A stretch of DNA of 64,000 nucleotides, from positions 62,001 to 126,000 of the IMG/VR virus record IMGVR_UViG_3300023174_000042. One strand, written 5' to 3'. The notes under the pieces were generated by a model, which searched no databases, was not told where the DNA came from, and saw nothing but the letters and a program-made list of their open reading frames with translations. Shown in pieces: positions 47,401 to 57,000 of the stretch. A program made the position numbers and the translations under genes. Each line of letters begins with the position of its first letter. Position 1 is the first letter of the stretch.

Positions 47401-49585
47401 ATTTTGTACAACCAGCAAAAAAGGAATCAACCACACTTTGTACTCTTTCTTTGGCAACCCCTTTCATTTGTTTTTCAATTATTGTGTTTAGCATTGATGG
47501 ATTATCAACAATAATTGTCCAACTTAATTGTCCAGACCTACTTGTATTTTTGTATGTGTAGATAGGTTCTGACCTTCCAAGAAAAGAAGTTGAATTGAAG
47601 TCTGGTTTTGAATCATCTGAAAATTTCAAGTTGTAAGGTGGAAACCACATGATTCTTCCACCGTTTGGTCCTTTTTCACAAACAGGAAGGTCGTCGTATG
47701 TATATCCTGGTCTATCGGAAGTTCTCCATGCCAAGTTTTCGATTGAAAACATATATTTTTTTACTTTTCCGTCCACAATATTGGTTGAACCTGGATTTCT
47801 TAATGGGGCAATATTCAGATTATAAGTGTTATCAAATATTGAATAATCCGCTCTTCTTCCTGCGGTTGTAATACCATCAGTTTTTTGTAAATCGGCGTAA
47901 GTGTAATATGGAGTATCTTTTTGAAATACTCTACAATATTCTAACCCTGCTTGTGTTCCATCTGCTTGATTGACATATGACAAAACTCTTGATCCTTTTG
48001 TTAATTCTTTGTAACCATCGTTGAAAACTTTTGAAACTTGATTGATTGCCGTTCCTACATGTTTTAGTCTTGTTTGTCCTTGGACTTGGTCTGCGGAATT
48101 TACTAATTGTTGTGTTTCATACAAAATAGACCCAGGTCTAAATTCAACATCTGTTGATTGATATTGTAAATAATCTGCTGATATTTGATTAAAGTCGTCG
48201 TTTAAACTTCCGGCACCTCCTCCTTCTGTTGCTCTAAAACCTGCGTTTGGTTTATACTTTGGTGATGTCCAAACCATTTGTCCCGAAGTTCCACCCCCAT
48301 CGGTATAAGCCTTTCCTTTTAGACCAAATTTAATTTTTTCTTCGTTACCCTCATATAGTATTCCCAATTCTTGTGGTCCATAAACTATACTTTGTTGTTG
48401 AACTCCAAATTGATTTGTTGGTAGTTGGTTTGGTGGTCCGTCTATTTGTGATGGTTCAGCATTTTCACTTCCGACATAATATCCCGAAGATTGGGATTTG
48501 TCTTGGTTGAACAATCTATTAACGGCCGCAGAAGCATTTGCAATAACTCCTCCGATAAGACCTCTGTTATATGCCGGTCTAAATAAGTTATAATCCAAGG
48601 CCGAAAATAATGCAGATCTTTGTCCGTTTCCTGTGTTTGCGACAAACACTTCGGATGGATTTCTATATTTGTTTAATATTGGTGCTAATAACCCACCAGT
48701 CAAACTATTTGCAACACCAAGAGCGGCTTCGGTTTGTGGTTTGTCAATAGGATTATCATTACTAAAGTAATCGCCAGGAATAAAAGAAACAGGAAAATAA
48801 GTTCCCGTTAATCTATTTGCTAATGAAACTGCCGCTAACGCAGGGTTTTCAGGAACTGTAATTTTCCAATCTCTAATAAAAAAAGGTTGTTGTCCTGTTG
48901 CTAATAAACTAGCAGAAAACGGATCACTTATGGTATCTAAGTTTATAACTCCTATGGTTGCTTGTTGTATTTCTTGAGACACTCTTTCGTTGAAAGCAAA
49001 TTTTAGTTGTGCCGCACCTATTTGAGCAATAAAACTATCTGACGATAAAGGTCCGTTTGATCCAATAGGATCGTCTTGAAAGACCACATTAAAAGTGGGA
49101 TATAATGAATAATTGTAGTAACCCGGATCCCAATAAGGTTGGTAAATGTTTCCAGCATTTTGTAAATCTGTTATAATTATTAAATCCTTATATCCACCAC
49201 TTGGTCCCCATTTATTTGTAACATAAGCAGTTTCGATATAAAATTCATTAACAACATCTAAAACAGTGTCGTTTGGTTGATATGGACCTTGATTTGTTCC
49301 TTGGGGATTATTAGTGGATGCAATGCTATTAACACTTATTGGGTTTCCAAAACCACCTTCAGGTCCATATTCATTTAATGGATATAGATCGGTGGCAAAT
49401 AAGTTTGTCGATACATAGTTGTTTGGAGAATCAATTACGTTAGATACCGTCAAGTTTGTTTCATAATTAATTGGGTTTCCTGGCGCCGTGTATGCTCCTG
49501 GCACACCATATGGTACTAGATTTCTAACTAATAATTGTTTTCTAAATGATTCTGAATTACCAAAAGATAAAAAACTTTCAGCCAT
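44486..49585 (-). CDS. Tail-tube initiator (gp48/gp54-like) with an inserted OmpA-like domain, 1699 aa
   Basis: FPPYNLKFSD...FLGRSEPIYTYKNTSRSGQLSW and FGAPPILVLRVGDFY...SLGITYEP tube-initiator motifs flank LGSASA...YNVKLSERRNDSVKKW...CRRVAI. Confidence 0.6.
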   Translation of the reverse strand: MAESFLSFGNSESFRKQLLVRNLVPYGVPGAYTAPGNPINYETNLTVSNVIDSPNNYVSTNLFATDLYPLNEYGPEGGFGNPISVNSIASTNNPQGTNQGPYQPNDTVLDVVNEFYIETAYVTNKWGPSGGYKDLIIITDLQNAGNIYQPYWDPGYYNYSLYPTFNVVFQDDPIGSNGPLSSDSFIAQIGAAQLKFAFNERVSQEIQQATIGVINLDTISDPFSASLLATGQQPFFIRDWKITVPENPALAAVSLANRLTGTYFPVSFIPGDYFSNDNPIDKPQTEAALGVANSLTGGLLAPILNKYRNPSEVFVANTGNGQRSALFSALDYNLFRPAYNRGLIGGVIANASAAVNRLFNQDKSQSSGYYVGSENAEPSQIDGPPNQLPTNQFGVQQQSIVYGPQELGILYEGNEEKIKFGLKGKAYTDGGGTSGQMVWTSPKYKPNAGFRATEGGGAGSLNDDFNQISADYLQYQSTDVEFRPGSILYETQQLVNSADQVQGQTRLKHVGTAINQVSKVFNDGYKELTKGSRVLSYVNQADGTQAGLEYCRVFQKDTPYYTYADLQKTDGITTAGRRADYSIFDNTYNLNIAPLRNPGSTNIVDGKVKKYMFSIENLAWRTSDRPGYTYDDLPVCEKGPNGGRIMWFPPYNLKFSDDSKPDFNSTSFLGRSEPIYTYKNTSRSGQLSWTIIVDNPSMLNTIIEKQMKGVAKERVQSVVDSFFAGCTKYDMYELGIKFNTIPTKDLYTYQQILNNPRLTSEEQVQVLQSLPVNQSNSNSNSSSGADTNLNTTGEGNQTQDNTPPDYNWSSYEGLGFYFENDVPGGPNGTKPGENKTLGTSASNFDVYYNQYIGLKSVYNAKAPEYVNSNGEIFNKAAIPNFFSEVIEGNFNTVQNDLMKKIDDVLVKQKGSITLDMLGSASAPQEKAYNVKLSERRNDSVKKWFLAYKLSDNKTIQEYGDKFKMNLNPQGEETVIPQTRAIASGTSETNDISVANSKGGDILSASINCTVDSYAVTDKGVKIPDQTKPNEAQWYSIPAMACRRVAIQKITAVIPTNPVTPNPVETKDTTQNKTNNSQNILTATTQSIKPEPQITVEQKVREGISKKILRNLFTECDYFEIIKQTDPTVFDTIKDSIKYFNPAFHSMTPEGLNSRLTFLQQCTRPGQTIPIIGPDGRPKYNDALNTSFGAPPILVLRVGDFYHTKIVPTSLGITYEPLLLDMNPEGIGVQPMLANISLSFNIIGGMGLKEPVQELQNALSFNYYANTEIFDERAVSTYDTSKLDNYVVEKITGGLPPVTQQQQAVINSVQPKKGGNTVGTIVDTTTMNYSGLYDSLQSKLQEYFKAYYDTINKTTTDYSYGATLISLKNKNYTEGELSQYTSQKTKTILYGKSNEYQGFIDNLVKEVQKDINQGDNPILKVVSDRSGGITGKQKRELQEKLKSQVSKGQIDISNTITNNNTNIVQVETDLNYIFRQLDVVASKLDGSLLQSNEPVLYDLSGNTFFDPTENSGSIFDVFTNKVPKTIEDFNKLILSSDFNPDFFKKSNSTLDNGNGCSFVEGNNQGYLINCPTNRYYSLMCPYFTNSEKFQNMVNELISGPEVKGDTKGLTDQIKEACNDLKKEYESFQKFWTDQLKKIIDDQVYKTVTTWKIPDNTIKTCSYVTPAEGDIKQKTKRIKDLYSNINLNDDKKSFNGKVTFN

Positions 49586-49635
49586 ACTTTTGTTTTATAA
49601 ATAGATGTTATGCTATTTTTTTTTATAGTGTATGA

Positions 49636-51480
49636 TTACTTATTTTTAGAACCAGTTGCCGCACTAACACCTTTATCATCTGCACTTTTTGAATTAAGAG
49701 CTGTTCTTACATTGGGATCATCAATACCGTTGATAACAGCATCTATTGCTTGTTTTCCGTCTATTTTATTTAATGTATTTGGATCTCCGGTTAAATTTAT
49801 ATTAAGGTTGATATTTTTTGTTTCTTTGACTTCAGTGTTTCCTTTACTTTGATAAGTTTCTGAAAAGATTTTTGCGACATCTTTTCCGGTATTTTGAATT
49901 ACCTCTTGCGCTGTTGGTATTATTTTTCCAACAATGTCTCCTAAGTTAGATCCAAGTTTGTCAAAGTTAGTTGCAAGACTTGCGGCATTACCTTCGGCTA
50001 ATGATTTTACTATATCTTCTATAGGTCCTCCGATTTTTTCAACATTTTCTCTAACACCTTTAGTTGTGCCTGCCGCTTCACTTATGTTTTTAGCAGCCGA
50101 CATATTACTTTTAGCGAGTGCTCCATAAAATTTACTAAGACTTGGAGCAGTTGCCTTTCCCATTTTAAGGGCCAACTCTCCACTTTTGAAATAATTCAAA
50201 GTTTGTTCTTGTATTGATAACTGTTCTGCTGCCAATTGTTCCAAAGATTTGGAAGATTCTTCATTTGCTTTTTTCAATTCGGCAATATCTTGTGGTGTCA
50301 ATTCTTCAACCTTTCTTTCTTCCCCTTTGATCTGAACGGTTGCGACACCTCCTTTTAATTGAGACATCGACGCGATTAGTTGTTTTGTTTCTTCATCACC
50401 TTCGGCCAATGAAGGGAATTTAATTTGTTTCATTTTCATGTCAAAATCTGCAGCGTTAATTGACATTTTTGCTAATTCATCTGCATTCATACCCATCTCT
50501 TTGGCAATTTCTCTCAACCTTCTTTTAGAACCTGGAAGTATTTCAAATTTACCATTTTTTTCATTAAATGTTGTAAACTCTTTTGTTATGTTGATCATTT
50601 CTTTTTGTAGACCTTCAGGATCATTTGCTGCCAAATCCATCGCTCTTAATGGATCTAATAATCCACTAGCGGTTACACCAAGTCTTTGTAACCCTGCCGC
50701 CATTTCTATTGCACCTTCAGGATTATATATTTTTTCAGAAAATTCAAAAACATCACGCATCTGTAAACCTATTCTTTGCGAGGTGGCTGCCATAGTTGCT
50801 AAACCTTTGATTCCGTTGTCAAAGTTGTATAGATTCATTTTGTTCAAATTAGAAACTACATCACTCGATACTCCTTTTACTGAAACTCCGACATTTTTAG
50901 CGTAATCAATTACTGTTTTCATTTCTGAACCAACATCATTGATTGATACACCGACTTCTTTAAATTTTGACGCTAAATCATCTTCATCTTGTGCCGTTAT
51001 TTTTGATACTGCGGCCAGTTCAGTAATGGCCTTTGTGCTTAGACTTGCAGTTGTTCCTAATCCTGTCATTATATCGGAAATATGTGTCGCAACGTTTTCT
51101 TCTTCTATTCCTAATTTTTTCAATTCGGGAGCAACATCGGCTATAGTTAATTTGAATTCTTCAATTCTATCTTTTCCTAATCCAAAAGTGGATTGTAGTT
51201 TTGTTCCGTAGTCATCTAAATTGGCAAATGCTTTAGAGTCAAATGGATCTATGGCTTCACCATATTCTTTGGCCGTTGATAATAACTTATTTGATATTCC
51301 GTCTACATTTGCCACCCATACATTATAAGAGTCTGCGCTTGCATCAAGCGATGAAGTTTGACTTGAATATTGATCTCGTTGAAGTTTTTTGATTCTACCA
51401 TCTTGATAATCTATGGTTGCATCTTTTTCTTTAAGAGCTTTAATTAATTTATCTGTGCTGAGATTGTCGTAACTAGGCAT
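49636..51480 (-). CDS. Tape measure protein
   Basis: 614 aa helical and Ala/Lys/Glu-rich, directly after the tail assembly chaperone; length similar to T4 gp29. Confidence 0.75.
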   Translation of the reverse strand: MPSYDNLSTDKLIKALKEKDATIDYQDGRIKKLQRDQYSSQTSSLDASADSYNVWVANVDGISNKLLSTAKEYGEAIDPFDSKAFANLDDYGTKLQSTFGLGKDRIEEFKLTIADVAPELKKLGIEEENVATHISDIMTGLGTTASLSTKAITELAAVSKITAQDEDDLASKFKEVGVSINDVGSEMKTVIDYAKNVGVSVKGVSSDVVSNLNKMNLYNFDNGIKGLATMAATSQRIGLQMRDVFEFSEKIYNPEGAIEMAAGLQRLGVTASGLLDPLRAMDLAANDPEGLQKEMINITKEFTTFNEKNGKFEILPGSKRRLREIAKEMGMNADELAKMSINAADFDMKMKQIKFPSLAEGDEETKQLIASMSQLKGGVATVQIKGEERKVEELTPQDIAELKKANEESSKSLEQLAAEQLSIQEQTLNYFKSGELALKMGKATAPSLSKFYGALAKSNMSAAKNISEAAGTTKGVRENVEKIGGPIEDIVKSLAEGNAASLATNFDKLGSNLGDIVGKIIPTAQEVIQNTGKDVAKIFSETYQSKGNTEVKETKNINLNINLTGDPNTLNKIDGKQAIDAVINGIDDPNVRTALNSKSADDKGVSAATGSKNK

Positions 51481-51508
51481 TAAGTATTATTTTACAATAA
51501 ATACTGTT

Positions 51509-51664
51509 TTATTTTTTTTCACTTTCAGTAACAAATTTATTTATAAGATATTTTCTTACATACGTTGGCATATTCAAAAACTCAGAGTATTGAGTTCTAA
51601 ATATTTTGGAAAAATAATAGAATTCGTCCAAAATTGTTGTTTTATATTGATAAGAAAGGCCGAA
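51509..51664 (-). CDS. Tail assembly chaperone C-terminal extension (gp51/TAC-C-like), probably reached by +1 frameshift
   Basis: Frame open from 51664 to TAA 51511-51509: FGLSYQYKTTILDEFYYFSKIFRTQYSEFLNMPTYVRKYLINKFVTESEKK; no ATG before the last 20 codons; not in the track. Confidence 0.7.
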   Translation of the reverse strand, partial: FGLSYQYKTTILDEFYYFSKIFRTQYSEFLNMPTYVRKYLINKFVTESEKK

Positions 51665-52412
51665 AAAACTCCACCCCAAAAGTAATGTCGACCATTACTC
51701 TTTCTCCTGACGGGGCTATTACTTCTTTTGATAGATCTAATCTTGGTTCATTTTCTGTTAAAAACTTTCTTATGTATTTGGAATCTGCAATTGGCATTTT
51801 TTCTATAAACATAGCAATATTTCCTTTGTCTGTATCTCCATCAATCTCAACAATTTGTTTTAGTAGTCTTGTTGTTATAGTTGGAATCGTTCTTCCAGCA
51901 GGATATAATTTTAAGGTATTTTCGATTTCAAATTTTTCTCCCATGTTTAAAATTTTCAGTTTTACATGATTTTTTGACACAGGAAGTATAGTCTCGAATA
52001 AACCTTCTTCGTTTGGTTGGAAATTGACTTTTTTATAGTTAAGTTCTTCTAAACTAATGGTAGTTTGAAATCTTTTGTCTGTTTCAGGGTCTACCGCTGT
52101 AATCGTGTATTCGGGGCCAAATGATGTATTTCGTAAAAATAAAAGAATTGCTTCAACATCCCCGTCTATTAATTCATCAGGTCTTAAATCTTTTTCATAG
52201 ATTTTATTTCTTAATAACGGAAATATAATGCTTTCAGTTATACTTTTTTTATAATCTGCCTCAGCAATTATGTTTTCATCAAAAGCGGTTAAATAACCAA
52301 CTTTTACTGATTTCTTTTTTGATTTATAAAATTTACCTTGACTTGGTAATTGTATTACATCGTGTGGTAAATTAAATTCGGCTTGACCGGCTTGATAAAC
52401 ATCTTGTTCCAT
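51642..52412 (-). CDS. T4 gp26-like baseplate hub/tail assembly chaperone (TAC-N)
   Basis: LPSQGKFY...VGYLTAFDENII...DVEAILLFLRNTSFG; ends ...GVEFFRPFLSI; lies between tube and tape measure genes. Confidence 0.8.
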   Translation of the reverse strand: MEQDVYQAGQAEFNLPHDVIQLPSQGKFYKSKKKSVKVGYLTAFDENIIAEADYKKSITESIIFPLLRNKIYEKDLRPDELIDGDVEAILLFLRNTSFGPEYTITAVDPETDKRFQTTISLEELNYKKVNFQPNEEGLFETILPVSKNHVKLKILNMGEKFEIENTLKLYPAGRTIPTITTRLLKQIVEIDGDTDKGNIAMFIEKMPIADSKYIRKFLTENEPRLDLSKEVIAPSGERVMVDITFGVEFFRPFLSI

Positions 52413-52478
52413 ACTTTATTTATTTTAATTAAAAAATACATAAAAATTGTAGTTAGTAAATATTTTTATATCTAAATG

Positions 52479-52522
52479 AAAAAATCCACACATTTGAGTA
52501 TAAACTCTAAACATGTGGATTT
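52479..52522 (-). terminator. Intrinsic terminator after the tail tube gene
   Basis: AAATCCACA/TGTGGATTT outer stem, inner GAGT/ACTC stem, U-tract on minus. Confidence 0.7.
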
Positions 52523-52543
52523 AAATACTAAAAAAATATGTGA

Positions 52544-53032
52544 TTAATAAACTAATATACAACGGTCCATTCTCATCTGACAAGATATTTTTGCAACACC
52601 ATCTGATGAATATGTTAATGATCCCCCATCATACCCCAAAAGAAAAGTCCCTTCTAAAATCCATTTCTCGACAACAACACCAGTAGGGTCTAACATTTCA
52701 AGATCGACGTTTTTCTTATATCCCGCAGCATAACCCATACGACCTGTTACTGACTCAGCACATAATCTAATCCATTCCATAACCGCTTGTGATGCCGAAG
52801 GACCAATCGGGTCACGAAACGTTACGGGAAGTTCACCCCAATTGAATCTTCCTGCAACGAAAGTTGATGTATTTAAAAACTGAATCTCTGTAGATGCAAT
52901 TGTAAGTTTTGGTCTAGACGTTGTCTCAACATACCACTCATTTATTCCAAGTGACGATGGGAAACGTAGTATCCATCGGTTCTCCCTTTTCGGTTCGTAA
53001 GGGATAGGCATTTTCATTAATAAATCAGCCAT
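52544..53032 (-). CDS. Tail tube protein, T4 gp19-like
   Basis: EPKRENRWILRF, RPKLT, FVAGRFNWGELPVTFRD, YKKNVDLEMLDPTG...WILEG. Confidence 0.9.
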   Translation of the reverse strand: MADLLMKMPIPYEPKRENRWILRFPSSLGINEWYVETTSRPKLTIASTEIQFLNTSTFVAGRFNWGELPVTFRDPIGPSASQAVMEWIRLCAESVTGRMGYAAGYKKNVDLEMLDPTGVVVEKWILEGTFLLGYDGGSLTYSSDGVAKISCQMRMDRCILVY

Positions 53033-53138
53033 GTTAGTTTTTTGTTTTTTTTTGTTTTATTTTATTATAAATACTATCTTATGAAAAAATTTTTCTATTT
53101 ACTTTTATTTTTTTTAAAATAATCTATAACTAGATTTA

Positions 53139-53969
53139 TTATTCATATTTAGTTTTACCTTCTTTACCAGTATGATAAATTTTTAATTTGTCTTCGTCAT
53201 TAAAATATTTTCTCATTGTTTGAACATTTTTTAGATCATCATCTGAAAAACCAATATAAGGTAAAAAATAATTACTTATTTTATTTTTCATAAATGCCTT
53301 CTCTTGAAGTTGTCTTGACAGTTTTTGAACGTAAGTCATAAACTCTGTCATTGCTTCCACTTTTAGTTTTTCAGGGTTTGCTGCCGACCCCTGACCAAAA
53401 GTAACCGGATAAAATTTACACATGTCTAAATAATATCTGATTATTTCATCATCTGTTAAGATATCTTCATCGGCTAACTCTCTATATTTCTTTAGATTTC
53501 TAACAATAGTTTTTTCGTTCAATCCGTGTTTATTTTTCTTAATTAAATTATATACCGCATTTTTTAACACACTTGGGGTATGTCCTCGTGCCGTAATGAT
53601 TGAAAAAATTGATCCTTGATTAACGGCTTCCACAAAATCGTCCCATGAAGGTCCTGTTTCTGATGACATTGCGTCTTTAACAAATTCTTTATCACCTGGA
53701 ACCTTAAAATCTCTAAACGCTTCGTCGTCAAAACCAACAATCTTGTGTCCTTTGTAATTAAAAGGTTCTTTACCAATTTCAGTTCTGTATTCAGCAAAAT
53801 CTTCAGTTGACATACCAACACTTTTTCCTTTATCGTCTTTCAAATAAATTTTGGTCGGCATATACATTAAGTTATCATCCCAATCAAAAGCATAATACTT
53901 CATTGTTGGTTTTAACTGATCACTAATAATTTCTGTAATTATATCTTTTACAAAAGTTTTGTAATTCAT
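53139..53969 (-). CDS. HAD-superfamily phosphatase-like protein with N-terminal ITE leader
   Basis: Motif I FDWDDN, motif II ITARG, conserved Lys (EKLKV), motif IV GFSDDD. Confidence 0.75.
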   Translation of the reverse strand: MNYKTFVKDIITEIISDQLKPTMKYYAFDWDDNLMYMPTKIYLKDDKGKSVGMSTEDFAEYRTEIGKEPFNYKGHKIVGFDDEAFRDFKVPGDKEFVKDAMSSETGPSWDDFVEAVNQGSIFSIITARGHTPSVLKNAVYNLIKKNKHGLNEKTIVRNLKKYRELADEDILTDDEIIRYYLDMCKFYPVTFGQGSAANPEKLKVEAMTEFMTYVQKLSRQLQEKAFMKNKISNYFLPYIGFSDDDLKNVQTMRKYFNDEDKLKIYHTGKEGKTKYE

Positions 53970-53989
53970 AACAATAAATATCTTAAATT

Positions 53990-54018
53990 AAAAAAAGGGG
54001 GAACTAATGTCCCCCCTT
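53990..54018 (-). terminator. Intrinsic terminator after the tail sheath gene
   Basis: Minus strand AAGGGGGGAC-ATTA-GTTCCCCCTT followed by a T run. Confidence 0.85.
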
Positions 54019-54036
54019 ATTTATGATCTGATAAAT

Positions 54037-57000
54037 TTAGATATTTTCAAACGACGCTCCTGTTGGAGTGATGTAGAAAGTAATATCAATAAATTCAAGA
54101 GCTCTTGTAGGTTTGATATAGATTTTTCCTGTTAATTGGTTTCTATCTAAATCTTCAGGAGAAGACGAAACGGTTACACGGAAGTCATATAAACCACGGT
54201 CTCTTCTAATGGCATCCAAGATAGGATTAACAGCGTTTAAGAAGTCTTGTCTAACTTGTGCGTCATTTTGTTCAAACAACAATCGAATAGATACTGCAGA
54301 AATCAATTTACGTGCTTGTAATAACAATCTTCTTACGTTAATTCTGTCAAGGGCCGACTCTCTAATTTGTAGAGTTTTGTTACCCCAAATTACAGTTCCC
54401 ACATCAGAGAAAGTAGCAATTGGGTTAATTCTACCAACATAAAGGATATCTCTGTCTTCTTGAGTTAGTTTCTTACGTGCTTTAATACAATTAACAATAC
54501 CACGAGTGTAACCAGCCGCCGCAAACCAAGGGAACGCGATGTTGTCTGTTAATGCTAAGTTTCTTGTAACTTCAGCCGTAGGTGGAATATAAATTTGGGT
54601 ATTATTCACACTATCTCTTGTTAACACCCAAGGATAATAAGTTGCCGTGTAGTTTGAGTCAATTCCTGTATTATCCAAGTTATTAACCGCCTCTGTAGGA
54701 TAAATGAAACCATCTATACCTGTAGTTGTTGGTAAATATAAGTCATAGTCAGGTGTCGTACAAACATAAAGTGAATCGGCTCTATTGAACTCAATCATTT
54801 GAACTGCGTCTTCAACTAAGTTACTGTTGTTTACATAGTCAATACCAGGTGTTACAAAAACGTTGATGTTTGTTGCTTCAGGATTGGCAAAAGTTTGTTG
54901 TCCTAATAAGTAAGCGTAATAGTCGGTATTTGCAAAATTTTGTGTTCCGTCGCCTAATGATATTTCTTTAAATGCACCCCAACCAACCGCAGTTGGATAT
55001 CTCGGTGAAGGACAAGCACCATTTAAGAAACCTCTTCTACCAATTTGGTATTCGTCAGTATTGGTTCTCCATTCTCTGTAAATATCCCATCCATCAAATC
55101 CACCTTGAACTAAGAATGTGAATTTACGTGCGAATAATCTGTAATAAACATTTGTAGGTGATTCAGGTTCTGTAATGAAAGATGAATTACCACAAACAAA
55201 TCTTGGTTCGCCACTTGTAGAGAACTCAGGTCCGATTGTAAGTCCACTGGCATTTACGTCCATGTGGAACCCTTCAGATCTGAAATTGAAAGGTAATCCT
55301 TCTATATCACAAGAATTAATTGGGTTTCTTTTTCCAACATACTCAAAGAATGATGGATCCCATCCATAAGAATTTGAAATACCTAAGTAAACTCTTCTTA
55401 CATTGTCACCAGGACTTGTAAGAGCATTATCATTTCCGGAAGACAAACCAAAAGGTGGGTTGTAAATTACTTCACCAGGGAAGTCATATTTCCCTTTGAT
55501 AATTGGGAATGGTGAATTAGCACCTGCGTAATTTCTAAAGTTAAACCCGTTAAACCCACAAGGGAGTGTGTCAATTGGAGCATCTTCACTCATTTCTACC
55601 ATTACATATTTTGAGTTAAGCATATATTCCCCATTTAGGGTTCCAATTTTATTTCCAATAAAATTGTTTTGACCCGGATCCATACCGCAGTTAGTGAATT
55701 TTTCTAAAACAACAGGGTTTGAATCAGTGTCAAAGTAATCACGAATTAAAACATCAAATGTTAAATTGTTATATGATTGATTAACAATTGAAATTTTAAT
55801 CAATGTGTTTGCTGCGTCACCGTCAGAAATTGTGTAAAATCTAAATAGGTCATAAACTTTATTACCCCTTAATTCTGAAACAACAAATGGAGATACTGGT
55901 GTTTGCCATTTATCTAAATACCAACCAATTGAATTTGGATCACCGCTTTGTGCCGAATCAAGAGCAATTAAATTAGGATTTAAACCTCTAATATAACCCT
56001 TCTTCCAAGAATAATTTAACCAAGATTGGAAGTTTTCTTCAGCAAAGACAGGAACTTCAATTCTAGGTTTTTGAAAGTTAGTAACTCCAAATACCTTAGT
56101 CCAATATTCAGGATCATTTTGTGTAAAAGAAGTTTCAAATGAGTAGTGAGTTCCAAAGTGGTCAACAACATTTACACCAAATGTGGAGTAAGGGTTTTTC
56201 AATACTGCTGAGTATTGACCGGTCATGTTAAGAGTGACATCTGATGTCCCTGTTACTGAATATTTTGGATTAGTAGCGTTTGTATAAGTCGAAATACCCC
56301 TTGATCTTAAAGTTCCTACAACTACATTGTCGTAATTTACATATGATGTTCCGGTATAGTAATAAATTTTACCAACAATCGTTCCTGAATAACAATCAAT
56401 ATTAACAGGAGTTGGTGTTGGAGTTGGGGATGTAAACGGTGAAGGTGTAATACAAGGATTTACAAATGAAGGAGTTGGTGTTGGAGATGCTGTTGCTTGT
56501 GGTGTTGGTGTTGGGTTTGGATAATAAGGTGTCAAACCTGAAACGTAAGTAAAGAATGAGTAACCACTATAGTGAGTATTTCCTGTATTTGTGAATAAAG
56601 CATAATACCAAGCATCATTTAATGGTGAAGTTAAACTTGTATCGTCAAGTGAAACTGAAGGAACATTAAAGACGTTAGTTGCTGCTGTCCATCCAGCACC
56701 TTCTAAAGTATTATAATCCATAGTATCTATTGAACCAAAATATGAAATATATTCATCTTCTGCCATATATGGATTAGAATCTGTTATTACATCAAAAATT
56801 AAATTTCTAATTTGTGAATCCAAGGTCGACGTTGATCCATTGAATTGTTCAAATTGAGAATAAAGAATGTCTTGAATTTCATCTGGAAAATCAGCATTGT
56901 ATCCAATTGTTGTCACAGAATTTGTACAAGCGGTAAAAGGAACTGTAAATGCCAATTCTTTAGGAGTAACACAAGTAGTTTCACAAGTTGTATAATCTGT

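Noticed and set aside
49934-51969. Plus-strand ORFs opposite the tape measure and chaperone genes (49934, 50438, 50939, 51634)
   Set aside because: Ser/Phe/Leu-rich antisense shadows typical of the reverse complement of Lys/Glu-rich coding DNA
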